This document shows, piece after piece, positions 19,769 to 29,926 of a stretch of DNA of 64,000 nucleotides; within the stretch, counting starts at the first letter, position 1; the number at the start of each line of letters is the position of its first letter. The stretch comes from Spirochaetia bacterium (GTDB lineage Bacteria; Spirochaetota; Spirochaetia; SZUA-6; Bin103). The stretch is taken from NCBI GenBank assembly GCA_965208575.1, contig CBDBOV010000005.1:768001-832000 (forward strand). The letters are read 5' to 3'. The notes under the pieces are model-generated. The model saw only the letters and a list, made by a program, of their open reading frames with translations. It was not told where the DNA came from and did not search any database. The position numbers were made by a program, and so were the translations under genes.

Positions 19769-21064
19769 TCAGCCGCTGACCAGGTGCAGCGTCTCGCCGG
19801 CGTGGTCGACGTACAGGATGCCTTCCGCCTCGCGGTCGCGGTAGTCGTCGGGGTTCACGGCGGCGGGGTCGAGGTAGCCGAGGTTGATGCGTGCGCACCG
19901 TTCCGGCGCGAGGCCGGTGGCCAGCACCACGTCGATGCGGGGCCGCTCGACGCCGTCGCGGTAGCTGCCTTCGCCCCGGACCAGGGCGGAGTGCGCCAGC
20001 ACCCCGCGCGGCACGTCGCTGAATTGGCCCATGCGGCTGGAGAAGTACTCGGCGACGTGGTAGCCGACCCGCTCCAGGTAGCTGCCCCAGGTGCGGGAGA
20101 TCTCGCGGATGTGCGGGCCGTACACGATCAGGGTGCCGCCGTCGGCGACCACCGGCTCGAGCTTGTACATCACCTTGCCGCCTACCCACATCTCGTCATA
20201 CATCTCCGGGGCGCGTCCGAACACGGTGTGGTACGCGCGCGGCTTGCGTACCACGTGCACCCGCTGCGAGTGGTCCACCGCCCGCTGCCACGCTTCTTCG
20301 GGGGCGCCGACGTACATGCCTTCCAGGCCGCCGCCCGAGGTCACCACCATGGCGACCAGGTGACGCGGTACGTCGACCATCTGCGCGGCGCGTTCGACGA
20401 CCGCGCGTGCCGGCGTGGCGCGCTGCCCGATGGTCTTGCGGCAGGTGATGACCGCGGACAGCCAGTGAAAGAAGTCCAGGAACTCGCCGCCGGAGATGCC
20501 GGGGAACAGGTACTTGTGCCCGCCGGAGAATCCCACGATCTCGTGCGGGAACACCGGGCCGACGATGAGGATCAGGTCGTAGTCGAAGATGGCGCGGTTG
20601 ATGGTGACGTCGATCGCCTCAGCGAACAGGCCGCCGGTGATGTCGGCGATCTCCCGTGCTTCGAAGCGGCCGATCCTGACCAGGGTATCGGGCCGGTCCC
20701 AGCGGTGATTCATGAAGCGTGACGACGGGAACTCCGCCTCCCGCTGCGCGGGCGTAAGACCGTACAGGCGGAGGATCTCGGCGTCGCTCATCACCGGGTG
20801 GGTGCCGAGCGCCACCATGTAGTCGAGCTGCGCGGCGCGCGATCCGATCACCTGCTGCACGGCCCGGATCAACAGCGGCATGGGCGCGGTGCGGGTGGCG
20901 TCCGGGGTCACGGCGAGCACGCGGCGGTCCTGCACCAGGTGCGCCGGCGTGCCGGCCTCCAGGTGCGCGCACACGGTGGCCAGGTCCCACGCCCCGGCGG
21001 TGTCCGGCGCGTGCGCCGCCGCGTGCGCCGCCGCGCCTGCGGTCGCGGTCGTTGTCGGTGCCAT
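19769..21064 (-). CDS. LarA (lactate racemase) family nickel-pincer epimerase/racemase
   Basis: TPDATRT, VALGTH, NHRWD, PHEIVGFSGGHKYLFPGI motifs of the LarA N-terminal domain; ATG 21064. Confidence 0.88.
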   Translation of the reverse strand: MAPTTTATAGAAAHAAAHAPDTAGAWDLATVCAHLEAGTPAHLVQDRRVLAVTPDATRTAPMPLLIRAVQQVIGSRAAQLDYMVALGTHPVMSDAEILRLYGLTPAQREAEFPSSRFMNHRWDRPDTLVRIGRFEAREIADITGGLFAEAIDVTINRAIFDYDLILIVGPVFPHEIVGFSGGHKYLFPGISGGEFLDFFHWLSAVITCRKTIGQRATPARAVVERAAQMVDVPRHLVAMVVTSGGGLEGMYVGAPEEAWQRAVDHSQRVHVVRKPRAYHTVFGRAPEMYDEMWVGGKVMYKLEPVVADGGTLIVYGPHIREISRTWGSYLERVGYHVAEYFSSRMGQFSDVPRGVLAHSALVRGEGSYRDGVERPRIDVVLATGLAPERCARINLGYLDPAAVNPDDYRDREAEGILYVDHAGETLHLVSG

Positions 21065-21066
21065 GT

Positions 21067-21966
21067 TCACCCTCCCTGCTGCTGCGCGGCCCAGGGCGGC
21101 TGTTCGGGCAGGATCGCCTGAAACTCCGCGAGCAGCGCGTCCTCGTACGCGCCGGCGAAGGAGCCCGCGAAAAAGCGCTCCAGACCTTCCTCCTGCAACC
21201 GGCGCCACGACTCCTCTTCCCGGCCCGGCGCGATCGGGAAGAACAGCGCTCCGATAGTGCGCGCCGCCCGCCAGTCGCCGGGGGCATCGCCGACCATCAG
21301 CACGTGGCCGTCCGCGTACCTGCCGCCGGCGGCCTGCCGCAGCATGTCGCTCTTGCTGCCAACCTCCTGCCCGGCGATGACGCGCACGTATCCGTCGAGC
21401 CGGTGCTCGGCCCACTCGCGGCGCAGCGCCTCGCTCGGCGTGGCCGACACCACGATCACGTCCGCCCGCTCCTGCAGTTCCGACAGGATCGCCTCGACGC
21501 CCGGAAACGGAGGCACGCCCTGCACCATGCGGGCGATCGAGTTGTTCACGGCGTTGGACCAGTCGAGCACCGTGCGCAACTCGGGGTCGTTGCTGTTGCG
21601 GACGGCCTCCATCAGTTCGGGGTTGGCCAGGCTCGGCGCCCGCTCCGCCCAGGCGCGCAGCGCGGGCAGCCGCGGCACCGTGACCGGCGAGCGCTGCACC
21701 TCGGCGCGCTCGGCGAGCAGGTCCAGCACCTTCAGGAGCGCCGGGAACCGGTTGGCGCCGCGCATCTGCGAGTACAGGTTGACGAACTCGGCCGCCTCGC
21801 GCGCGTACTTGGAGATCGGCTGCAGCCCGAAGTGGCGGACGATCTCGGGGATGAAGCACTCCTTGTGCTTGACCTCCATGCTCGGAAAGGCGCAGCCGTC
21901 GGAGTCGATGCCGACGAAGTAGGAGTGTTGCGGTTGCAGGTCGCTCAGCGACACGGAGTCATTCAC
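21067..21966 (-). CDS. HAD family hydrolase
   Basis: VGIDSDGC motif I, VVSAT, LMVGDAPGD. Confidence 0.85.
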   Translation of the reverse strand: MNDSVSLSDLQPQHSYFVGIDSDGCAFPSMEVKHKECFIPEIVRHFGLQPISKYAREAAEFVNLYSQMRGANRFPALLKVLDLLAERAEVQRSPVTVPRLPALRAWAERAPSLANPELMEAVRNSNDPELRTVLDWSNAVNNSIARMVQGVPPFPGVEAILSELQERADVIVVSATPSEALRREWAEHRLDGYVRVIAGQEVGSKSDMLRQAAGGRYADGHVLMVGDAPGDWRAARTIGALFFPIAPGREEESWRRLQEEGLERFFAGSFAGAYEDALLAEFQAILPEQPPWAAQQQGG

Positions 21967-22004
21967 GTCTGGTTCTCAACACCTCTCACACGCTCGCACA
22001 CATC

Positions 22005-22823
22005 TTACACGTTGTGGATCAGGTAGCCGCCGTCGATCGGGATGGTGACGCCGGTGATGAACCCGGCCGCCTGGTCGCTGGCCAGGAACAGGGCGGCGCC
22101 GGACATCTCGCCGGCGTCGGCGAAGCGACCGAACGGGGTGTGGTCGATGATCTGGCGGCCGCGCTCGGTGAGCGTGCCGGTGGCATCGTCTTCGATCAGC
22201 AGCCGGCGGTTCTGATGGGCGACGATGAACCCCGGCGCGATCGCGTTCACGCGGATGCCGTGCGGCGCATACTCCTTGGCGCAGGCCATGGTCAGGTTGA
22301 TTACTCCGGCCTTGGCGGCGTTGTACGCCCACACGCCCGACAGCGGCACGTAGGAGGCCATCGAAGCGACGTTGATGATGCAGCCGCGGCTGCCGCGGGC
22401 GATCCAGAACGCGGTGGTGCGCTTGGTGGGCACCACCAGCCCGGCAACGAGGTTGAGGCTCAGCACCTCCTCGAACAGGGCGACGTCGATGTCGTTGAAG
22501 GCGCCCTTGCCGCGGTTGCCGCCAACCCCGTTGAGCAGCACGGTGGGGGCGCCGAGCGCCGCCTCGGTGGCTTCGAGGGCGGCATCCACCGCCGCCTCGT
22601 CGCCGGCGTCCGCCACGATGCCGCACAGGCGCTCGCGCACGCCGGCATCGCCGCCGAGCTGCTCGACGGCGGCATCCACCGTCTGCTGCCGGCGGCTCCA
22701 GATCGCCACCCGCGCGCCGGCGTTCAGAAACGCGTCGGCGAGGGCCAGCGCGATCGTGCCGCCGCCGCCCGCGAGCGCCACCACCTGGTCGTGAAGACCG
22801 AATGTCCGATCCAGATAACTCAC
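22005..22823 (-). CDS. SDR oxidoreductase (D-mannonate oxidoreductase / gluconate 5-dehydrogenase-like)
   Basis: GGGGTIA, LLNGVGGN, INVASM, YNAAK catalytic motif, RVNAIAPGF, QNRRLL...LTERGRQIIDHTPFGRF. Confidence 0.85.
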   Translation of the reverse strand: MSYLDRTFGLHDQVVALAGGGGTIALALADAFLNAGARVAIWSRRQQTVDAAVEQLGGDAGVRERLCGIVADAGDEAAVDAALEATEAALGAPTVLLNGVGGNRGKGAFNDIDVALFEEVLSLNLVAGLVVPTKRTTAFWIARGSRGCIINVASMASYVPLSGVWAYNAAKAGVINLTMACAKEYAPHGIRVNAIAPGFIVAHQNRRLLIEDDATGTLTERGRQIIDHTPFGRFADAGEMSGAALFLASDQAAGFITGVTIPIDGGYLIHNV

Positions 22824-22835
22824 GCTCGTGCTCCT

Positions 22836-24281
22836 TCAACCGATGCGGCGCGCGGGCGGGCTCGACCCGGCCAGCCACTCGGTATGGTACACGCCGCCGC
22901 GGTCGACGCGCCGGTAGGTGTGGGCGCCGAAGTAGTCGCGCTGCGCCTGCAGCATGTTGGCCGACAGCGTGGCCGACCGGTAGCTGTCGTAGTAGCTGAG
23001 CGCGGAGGAGAACGCCGGCACCGGAATGCCGATGGTGGCCGCGGTGGCCACCACTTGCCGCCACTGGTCCTGCCCGCGGTGCACGATGTCGGTGAAGTAG
23101 GGGTCGAGCAGCAGGTTGGCGAGCGCCGGGTCGCGCTCGTAGGCGTCCTTGATCTTGCTCAGGAACTTGGCGCGAATGATGCAGCCGCCGCGCCAGATCA
23201 TGGCGATGGCGCCGAAGTCCAGGTCCCAGCCGTGCTCCGCCGCGGCCGCCCGCATCAGCCCGAATCCCTGCGCGTAGGAACAGATCTTGGACGCGTACAG
23301 CGCCTTGCGCAGCGCCTCCAGGAATCGTGCCCGGTCCCCGGAGAACGTGCTCTCCGGGCCGCTCAGTCGTTCGGCGGCCGCGACCCGTTCCGGCTTCAGC
23401 GCGGACACGCAGCGGGCGAACACCGCCTCCGCTATGGTGGGCGCCGGCACGCCGAGGTTCAGCGCCGACTCGCTGGTCCACTTGCCGGTACCCTTCTGAC
23501 CGGCCTGGTCCAGGATCACCTCGACCAGCGGGGCGCCGGTTTCCGGGTCGCTCTTGGCGAGAATGTCGGTGGTAATCTCGATCAGGTAGGAGTCGAGCTC
23601 GCCGCGGTTCCACGCCGCGAAGGTGTCGTGCATCTCGGCGTGGCTCATGCCGAGCGCCAGCTTCATGAACGAGTACGCCTCGGCGATCAACTGCATGTCG
23701 CCGTACTCGATGCCGTTGTGCACCATCTTGACGTAGTGGCCGGCGCCGTCGGCGCCGATGAAGGTGCAGCACGGGTCGCCGTCCACCTTGGCGGCAATGG
23801 CGGTCAGGACCGGCTCGACCTCCCGGTAGGCGCCGCGGTCGCCGCCCGGCATGATGCTCGGCCCGAGCAGGGCGCCTTCCTCGCCGCCCGACACGCCGGT
23901 GCCGATGTAACGCAGCTTCGCCGCGCCGGCCTCCTGCGCGCGCCGCACGGTGTCGACGAAGTAGGAATTGCCGCCGTCGATCACGATGTCGCCCGGATCC
24001 AGGTGGGGGCGCAGGTCGGCGATGACGCGGTCCACCGCCGCGCCGGCCTGCACCATCAGCAGCACCTTGCGCGGCCGGGACAGGGAGGCGGCGAACTCCG
24101 CGAGCGACGCCGCCGGCAGCAGCCGCTTGCCGCCGGCGCGCTGCACGAACTGGTGCAGGGTGCTCTGGGTACGATTGTAGACCGCCACGGTGTAGCCGCA
24201 GCTTTCGATGTTGAGGGCCAGGTTCTGGCCCATGACGGCCATGCCGACCACGCCGATGTCAGCGTGCGATTGAGTGCTCAT
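22836..24281 (-). CDS. gnd: 6-phosphogluconate dehydrogenase, decarboxylating
   Basis: [59 protein letters not shown]. Confidence 0.98.
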   Translation of the reverse strand: MSTQSHADIGVVGMAVMGQNLALNIESCGYTVAVYNRTQSTLHQFVQRAGGKRLLPAASLAEFAASLSRPRKVLLMVQAGAAVDRVIADLRPHLDPGDIVIDGGNSYFVDTVRRAQEAGAAKLRYIGTGVSGGEEGALLGPSIMPGGDRGAYREVEPVLTAIAAKVDGDPCCTFIGADGAGHYVKMVHNGIEYGDMQLIAEAYSFMKLALGMSHAEMHDTFAAWNRGELDSYLIEITTDILAKSDPETGAPLVEVILDQAGQKGTGKWTSESALNLGVPAPTIAEAVFARCVSALKPERVAAAERLSGPESTFSGDRARFLEALRKALYASKICSYAQGFGLMRAAAAEHGWDLDFGAIAMIWRGGCIIRAKFLSKIKDAYERDPALANLLLDPYFTDIVHRGQDQWRQVVATAATIGIPVPAFSSALSYYDSYRSATLSANMLQAQRDYFGAHTYRRVDRGGVYHTEWLAGSSPPARRIG

Positions 24282-24446
24282 GGTAAAGGGAATCGGTAGG
24301 CGTATTGTCGGCCGGAACACCGCGCGAACGCAACCACCGGAAACTCGCCCACCCGGGCGGCTCTCGTCGCCGCGGGATATGGTCGCTACGACCGTTGCGG
24401 CCGGTGTGCGCGAACGCGTTCTGATGGGCGCTCGGAAACAATCGCA

Positions 24447-24483
24447 GGGGGGGGGTTGACTTGAATGAACAAAGCGTTACTAT
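24447..24483 (+). promoter_or_regulatory. G9 homopolymer abutting a sigma70-type promoter of the RTX/T1SS locus
   Basis: G9 at 24447-24455, TTGACT 24456-24461, 16-bp spacer, TACTAT 24478-24483; AGGAG RBS before GTG 24528. Confidence 0.55.
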
Positions 24484-24527
24484 GGGTGTGTACTGACTAA
24501 TCAATTCGTATTTTACAGGAGCGTATC

Positions 24528-27083
24528 GTGGCGGACAACGACAACACCAACCCGCAGAACGACGGCGGCGGACAGGCCCAGGCAGCCGGAGCGGCCCAGG
24601 CAGCCGGTCGGAGATTCGTCTATTTTTTCACGGACCAAGGGGAGGCGATCCTCGGCACCGAACGCGGGGACACAATCCTGGCCCGCGGCGGCAACGACGA
24701 CGTTATCGGCGCGGGTGGTAACGACGTCATCTACGGCGGCACCGGCCACGACTTCCTGTTCGGCGGCAGCGGTATCGACACCATCGTGGGCGAAGGCGGC
24801 AATGATCTCATCATGGGCGGCAGCGGTAACGATTTCCTCGGCGGAGGCGCGGGGGACGACGTCATCCGCGGCGGCACCGGCGACGACTTGATCACCGGCG
24901 GCACCGGCGACGACCGTCTGCACGGCGACGCCGGCGCCGACAGAATCTTCGGCGGCACGGGCGATGACACCATCTACGGGGGTGCCGGTGCGGACACCAT
25001 CGAAGGCGGCGCGGGGGACGACTTCATCCGCGGCGGCAGCGGCGACGACACGCTCACCGGCGGAGCGGGGAAGGACGTCTTCGCGTTCGGTCCGGGCGAC
25101 GGCCACGACACCATCACCGACTTCAACAAGGATGAGGACACCATCGACCTGTCCGTGTTCGGCAGCGGCCTGTCGTTCTCCGACCTGACCATAGCCGCGA
25201 CCTCGGACGGCACCGGCACGATCATCACCGTGCCCGGCAGCGGAGACAACGCCGGCGCCACCATCACGTTGCAAGGGGTGACCTCGACCGACGTCAGCGC
25301 GAGCCTGTTCGAGTTCAAGGACGTTACCATAACCGGCACCACGGCGGACGAGACCATCACCGGCGGCGCCGGCGACGACACGCTGACCGGCGGCGGCGGC
25401 AGCGACACGTTCGTGTTCGCGCCCGGCGCCGGCGACGACACCATCACCGACTTCAGCACCTCCAACGACAAGATCGATCTGACGGCGTTCGGCGTCGACC
25501 TGTCGTTCTCCGACCTGACCATAGCCGCGACCTCGGACGGCACCGGCACGATCATCACCGTGCCCGGCAGCGGAGACAACGCCGGTATCACCATCACGTT
25601 GCAAGGGGTGACCTCGACCGACGTCACCGCGAGCCTGTTCGAGTTCGAGGTCGCCAGCGACGACACCATAACCGGCACCACGGCGGCCGACACCATCACC
25701 GGCGGCGCCGGCGACGACACGCTGACCGGCGGCGGCGGCAGCGACACGTTCGTGTTCGCGCCCGGCGACGGCCACGACACCATCACCGACTTCAGCACGT
25801 CCGACGACAGGATCGATCTGAGGGCGTTCGGCGCCGGCGTGACCTTCTCCGACCTGACCATCGCCGCGACCTCGGACGGCAGCGGCACCGTGATCACCCT
25901 GCCGGGGGACGACGGAGGCACCATCACGCTGCAGGGCGTGGTCTCGAACACCGTAACGGCGGGCCTGTTCGTGTTTGCGGCGGGCAGGTTGTACGCCGGC
26001 AGCGAGGCGGGAGAGGAGGTCACCGGGACCGATGCCCACGACTCCCTCGCCGGCGCCGAGGGTGACGACACCATCACCGGCCTCGGCGGCAACGACTTGA
26101 TCTTCGGCGGCGAGGGCGACGACATCATCACCGGCGGCGAGGGCGACGACAGAGTCTACGGCGACGAGGGCGACGACACCATCACCGGCGGGCCGGGCCA
26201 CGACTACCTCTACGGAGGCGCTGGCGACGACACCATCACCGGCGGCGAGGGCAACGATTACATCGATGCCGGCGCCGGCAACGACACCATCTACGGCGGC
26301 GTCGGCGACGACACCATCCACGGACGCGCCGGCAACGACACCATCACCGGCGGCGAGGGCGACGACTCCATCTACGGCGGCTCTGGCGACGACACCATCA
26401 CCGGCGGCGAGGGCGACGATTTCGTCAGTGCCGGCACCGGTAACGACCAAGTCTACGGCGGTGCGGGCACCGACACCCTCGTCGGCAGCGCGGGTGCCGA
26501 CACCATTTACGGCGGCGAGGGCGACGACTCCATCTACGGCGGCTCCGGTAGCGACCAACTCTACGGCGACGCGGGCAACGACACCATCTACGGCGGCGCT
26601 GACAACGACACCATCTACGGCGGCGTTGGCAACGACACCATCTACGGCGGCTCTGGCAACGACATCATCTACGGCGGCGATGGCGACGATACCATCGACG
26701 GCGGCACTGGCAACGACACCATCTACGGGGGCGCGGGCGACGACACCATCGACGGCGGCGTTGGCAACGACACCATCGACGCCGGCACCGGCACCAACAT
26801 CGTGCTCGGCGGCGCCGGGGCGGACACGTTCGTGGTGGCGGCCGGGCAGACGATGACCACCATCGGCGACTTCACCGACGGCGAAGACCGGATCGACCTG
26901 AGCAACATCGCGGGTATCAGCGCGTTCAGCGACCTGACGATTACCAACGACAACGGCACCGCCGTGATCGACCTGTCCTCGAAGGGCGCCGGCACGATCC
27001 GGCTGACCGGCGTCGCGATCGCGGACCTCGACGCCGCCGACTTCGTGTTTGCCGTGGCGGCCGGCCAGGCCGAAGACGGCTAA
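24528..27083 (+). CDS. RTX (hemolysin-type Ca2+-binding repeat) protein, probable T1SS substrate
   Basis: Dozens of GGxGxDxLx nonapeptides, no signal peptide, C-terminal DTFV...DFTDGEDRIDL...ADFVF secretion-type tail; adjacent T1SS genes. Confidence 0.93.
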   Translation: MADNDNTNPQNDGGGQAQAAGAAQAAGRRFVYFFTDQGEAILGTERGDTILARGGNDDVIGAGGNDVIYGGTGHDFLFGGSGIDTIVGEGGNDLIMGGSGNDFLGGGAGDDVIRGGTGDDLITGGTGDDRLHGDAGADRIFGGTGDDTIYGGAGADTIEGGAGDDFIRGGSGDDTLTGGAGKDVFAFGPGDGHDTITDFNKDEDTIDLSVFGSGLSFSDLTIAATSDGTGTIITVPGSGDNAGATITLQGVTSTDVSASLFEFKDVTITGTTADETITGGAGDDTLTGGGGSDTFVFAPGAGDDTITDFSTSNDKIDLTAFGVDLSFSDLTIAATSDGTGTIITVPGSGDNAGITITLQGVTSTDVTASLFEFEVASDDTITGTTAADTITGGAGDDTLTGGGGSDTFVFAPGDGHDTITDFSTSDDRIDLRAFGAGVTFSDLTIAATSDGSGTVITLPGDDGGTITLQGVVSNTVTAGLFVFAAGRLYAGSEAGEEVTGTDAHDSLAGAEGDDTITGLGGNDLIFGGEGDDIITGGEGDDRVYGDEGDDTITGGPGHDYLYGGAGDDTITGGEGNDYIDAGAGNDTIYGGVGDDTIHGRAGNDTITGGEGDDSIYGGSGDDTITGGEGDDFVSAGTGNDQVYGGAGTDTLVGSAGADTIYGGEGDDSIYGGSGSDQLYGDAGNDTIYGGADNDTIYGGVGNDTIYGGSGNDIIYGGDGDDTIDGGTGNDTIYGGAGDDTIDGGVGNDTIDAGTGTNIVLGGAGADTFVVAAGQTMTTIGDFTDGEDRIDLSNIAGISAFSDLTITNDNGTAVIDLSSKGAGTIRLTGVAIADLDAADFVFAVAAGQAEDG
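25021..25980 (+). repeat. Three tandem ~110-aa modules within RTX gene 1 (periods 330 and 339 bp)
   Basis: Near-identical DNA at 25170-25317 vs 25500-25647; module FAPGDGHDTITDF...IDL..FG..LSFSDLTIAATSDG.GT.IT.PG...ITLQGV...LFEF. Confidence 0.85.
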
Positions 27084-27115
27084 TGGCCGCATGACCAGAC
27101 AACGGGAGGAGTAAC

Positions 27116-27943
27116 ATGCCGGATTCCGACCAGACCCCGGGCCGGGCCGCCGGAGCCGAGGACGAGGAGACGGGCCTCGATTATACCGGCACCACCGGGA
27201 TGGACATCGTCAGCGGCACCGAGCACGACGATGCCATCTCCACGCTCGGCGGCAGCGACGTGGTGGCGGGCGGAGCGGGCGACGACTCCATCGATGGCGG
27301 CGCCGGCGACGACTACCTGTTCGGTGACGGCGGGGCGGACACCATCGACGGCGGCGCGGGCGACGACGTCATCCTCGGCGGCAGCGGAGCCGACACGCTG
27401 ACCGGCGGTGCCGGGGCGGACCTCATCCTCGGCGGCAGCGGGGCGGATACCATCGACGGCGGCGCCGGCGACGACTTCCTGTTCGGTGGCAGCGGGGCGG
27501 ACACCATCGACGGCGGCGCGGGCGCCGACATCATCTTCGGCGGCAGCGGCGACGATACGCTGACCGGCGGCGCGGGCGCCGATACCTTCGTGTTCGCACC
27601 CGGCGACGGCCACGACACCATCACCGACTTCAACACGTCCGAGGACAAGATCAACCTGTCGATGTTCGGCGACATCTCGTTCGCCGACCTGACCATAACC
27701 GCAACCGCCGGCGGCACCGGATCGATCATCTCGGTGCCCGGCGGCGACAACGGCGCTACCGTCACGATCACGTTGCAGGGGGTGGCCACCAGCGCCGTGA
27801 CCGCCAGCCTGTTCGAGTTCGAAGACGCGCCCGACCTCGGCGGCAGGATCCTCGGCACCGAGGGGGACGACGACCTGCAGGGGAGCGAGGTGGCGGGCGG
27901 CGAAGGCGACGACACGATCACGGTAACGGGCGCCCTCATCAAC
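27116..27943 (+). pseudogene. RTX protein 2, 5' part (interrupted by IS1634)
   Basis: GGxGxD repeats; frame broken at the ATCAAC target site; removing the IS restores ...TGALIN|QAHGGEGDD... (408 aa). Confidence 0.9.
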
Positions 27944-29920
27944 CCGAAGTTCCAGAGCGGGAATCTTGTTAATTCGTTATTGATCTGAAAATTGCGCTCA
28001 ACAGCCGATGTCCGTTACTGGCTACACTTGGGCGCTGACCTCCAGGAGATCGAAACAGCGCTGCTGCAGCGCGGTCGGTTCGCTGTGCATGGTGAACGTG
28101 GCGCCGCTATCCACTATCCGCACGCGGTTGGCCGTCAGCGTCCCCAACTCGCTCATCAGGCTGCGAAAGCTGTGCACCGGCAGACCGTCGTCGGTACGCT
28201 TGCTCGCCGCCTTCCGGTGTGCGGCCGGTGAGCGTTCCGCCGGTTGCACCACCGACTCGCGCAGCGCCTCGCCGGCGGCGCGGTCGTGGTCGTCGAACAG
28301 CACCGGCGCCAGCTTGCTGCGCATGTGCCACTCCACGTAGTAGGCCAGCATGCACAGGAACACGTGCGCCCGCACCCGGTCAGCACTGCGGTGATAGATC
28401 GGTCGCACCTTCAGATCCACCGTTTTCATGCTGCGGAAGGCGCGCTCCACCTTGGCCAGATCCTTGTACGCCGTCACCGTCTGCTCGGCGTCGAACAGCT
28501 CCGGCTCCACGTTGGAGCGCACGATGTAGAGCCCGTCCAGTTCTTCCTCGGCCGCGATCTTGTCCAGGTCACGCACGAACGAGAACGAGTCGTCGGTGAT
28601 GGTGGTGGTGAAATGCTTGCCCACCTTGTAGTGGTTGATCACCTTGCCCACCCGCAGGCCGATCGCGGCGGCGCCGCGCAGCGGCTTTTTGGCGCGCTGC
28701 GTGGCCGTCACGATCGGCGTCAGTTCCTCCTCCGTGGAGGCCAGCAACTTCTGCCTCTTGCGCTGCCGTTGCTCGGCCAGGATCGGGTTGCGGCACACGA
28801 TCAGCCGCTCGCCGGGGAACTCGGGTGAGCTGATCTCCGCCAGGTCACGCTCGTCGAACATGGTCTGCGCCACTTCGCCGGCCTCGATCAGCTTGCGGAT
28901 GGTGGGCGCCCGCAGGGTCGTGATCCAGCGCAGGCCGTCGATCCCCTGCAGGTCCTCGCGGATGCGCGCGCCGGTGAGCATGCCGCGGTCGCCGACCAGC
29001 ACGACGCGCTGCAAGCCGAAACGGTTGCGAATCTTGTCGACCTGAGCGGCGACCGTCTTGGGGTCACTGGTGGAGCCCTCGAATACCTCGACGGCGATGG
29101 GACAGCCGTCTGCGGTACACAGCAGGCCGAACACGATCTGCAAGGTGCCGCGTTTGCCGTCGCGGCTGTGACCGCGGCGCGCCAACGGGCAGGTGTGTCC
29201 CTCGAAGTAACTGGAAGTCAGGTCGTACAACATGAGCGTGTTGTCATGCAGATGGCGCTTGGCCAAGCGCTGCTCGATGCCGTGCTGGCGAGCGAGCAGC
29301 CAATCCATGGCGGCATACAGCTCATTCTCGTCGACGGCTCCCAACTGCAGCAGGTGGCCGAGGGAGGAGACGGCGCTTTCGGGGTTCAGGCCGCGAGCGG
29401 TGGCGAGTTTGGAGCGAGCGTCGACGACGCGAGCGACGATCATGGCGACGACCAGGTCGCGTTCACGGGAGGCGGGACGAGCGACGAGGGAATGGAGGGA
29501 GAGCTTGCGGAGGGAACCGAGGACGGCGGCGACGTGGCCGTGGGGATAGCTGCGCAAGATGGAGAGCAGTTCGTTGGGAGAGCGCAGAGCGATACCGCCG
29601 TTGAGGAGGACGCGCAAACCCTCGACGAGGTGATCGGGCCACTTGGAGAGGTTGGCGATGGTGCGTTTTTTGACCTTGCCGTGCTGGCGGAAGGACTCGC
29701 GGAGGAGGACGGCCGGGGGAGAGTTGCGGTTGGGGACGGTGTCGATGTACATGGGCACCCTACGGAGGGAATGGTAGATCATTTAATAATTACATGTCAA
29801 CCAGATGAGAGAAAATTAACGCTGAACCACAGGACTATTTACATGGACACGATTTACACCCATGAACACGCTAATTCCTGTAATAGGAAACAGTTACAAG
29901 AACGGCCTCTCAAACCTCGG
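27944..29920 (-). mobile_element. IS1634-family insertion sequence, 1977 bp
   Basis: 6-bp TSD ATCAAC (27938-27943 and 29921-29926); imperfect TIRs CCGAAGTTCCAGAG vs CCGAGGTTTGAGAG (11/14). Confidence 0.92.
28022..29752 (-). CDS. IS1634 family DDE transposase
   Basis: MYIDTVPNRNSPPAVLLRES, LYDLTSSYFEG, VGDRGML, YKDLAKVERAFRSMK, RPIYH...RVRAHVFLCMLAY. Confidence 0.95.
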   Translation of the reverse strand: MYIDTVPNRNSPPAVLLRESFRQHGKVKKRTIANLSKWPDHLVEGLRVLLNGGIALRSPNELLSILRSYPHGHVAAVLGSLRKLSLHSLVARPASRERDLVVAMIVARVVDARSKLATARGLNPESAVSSLGHLLQLGAVDENELYAAMDWLLARQHGIEQRLAKRHLHDNTLMLYDLTSSYFEGHTCPLARRGHSRDGKRGTLQIVFGLLCTADGCPIAVEVFEGSTSDPKTVAAQVDKIRNRFGLQRVVLVGDRGMLTGARIREDLQGIDGLRWITTLRAPTIRKLIEAGEVAQTMFDERDLAEISSPEFPGERLIVCRNPILAEQRQRKRQKLLASTEEELTPIVTATQRAKKPLRGAAAIGLRVGKVINHYKVGKHFTTTITDDSFSFVRDLDKIAAEEELDGLYIVRSNVEPELFDAEQTVTAYKDLAKVERAFRSMKTVDLKVRPIYHRSADRVRAHVFLCMLAYYVEWHMRSKLAPVLFDDHDRAAGEALRESVVQPAERSPAAHRKAASKRTDDGLPVHSFRSLMSELGTLTANRVRIVDSGATFTMHSEPTALQQRCFDLLEVSAQV

Positions 29921-29926
29921 ATCAAC

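Noticed and set aside
26040-26830. 27-bp periodic repeats resembling a CRISPR array
   Set aside because: They are in-frame RTX nonapeptide codons; no unique spacers and no cas genes
24513-27092. Long minus-strand ORFs (859 aa and others) opposite the RTX gene, and similar shadow ORFs across the window
   Set aside because: Antisense and alternate-frame ORFs are expected at this GC content and with repeats; they have no motifs
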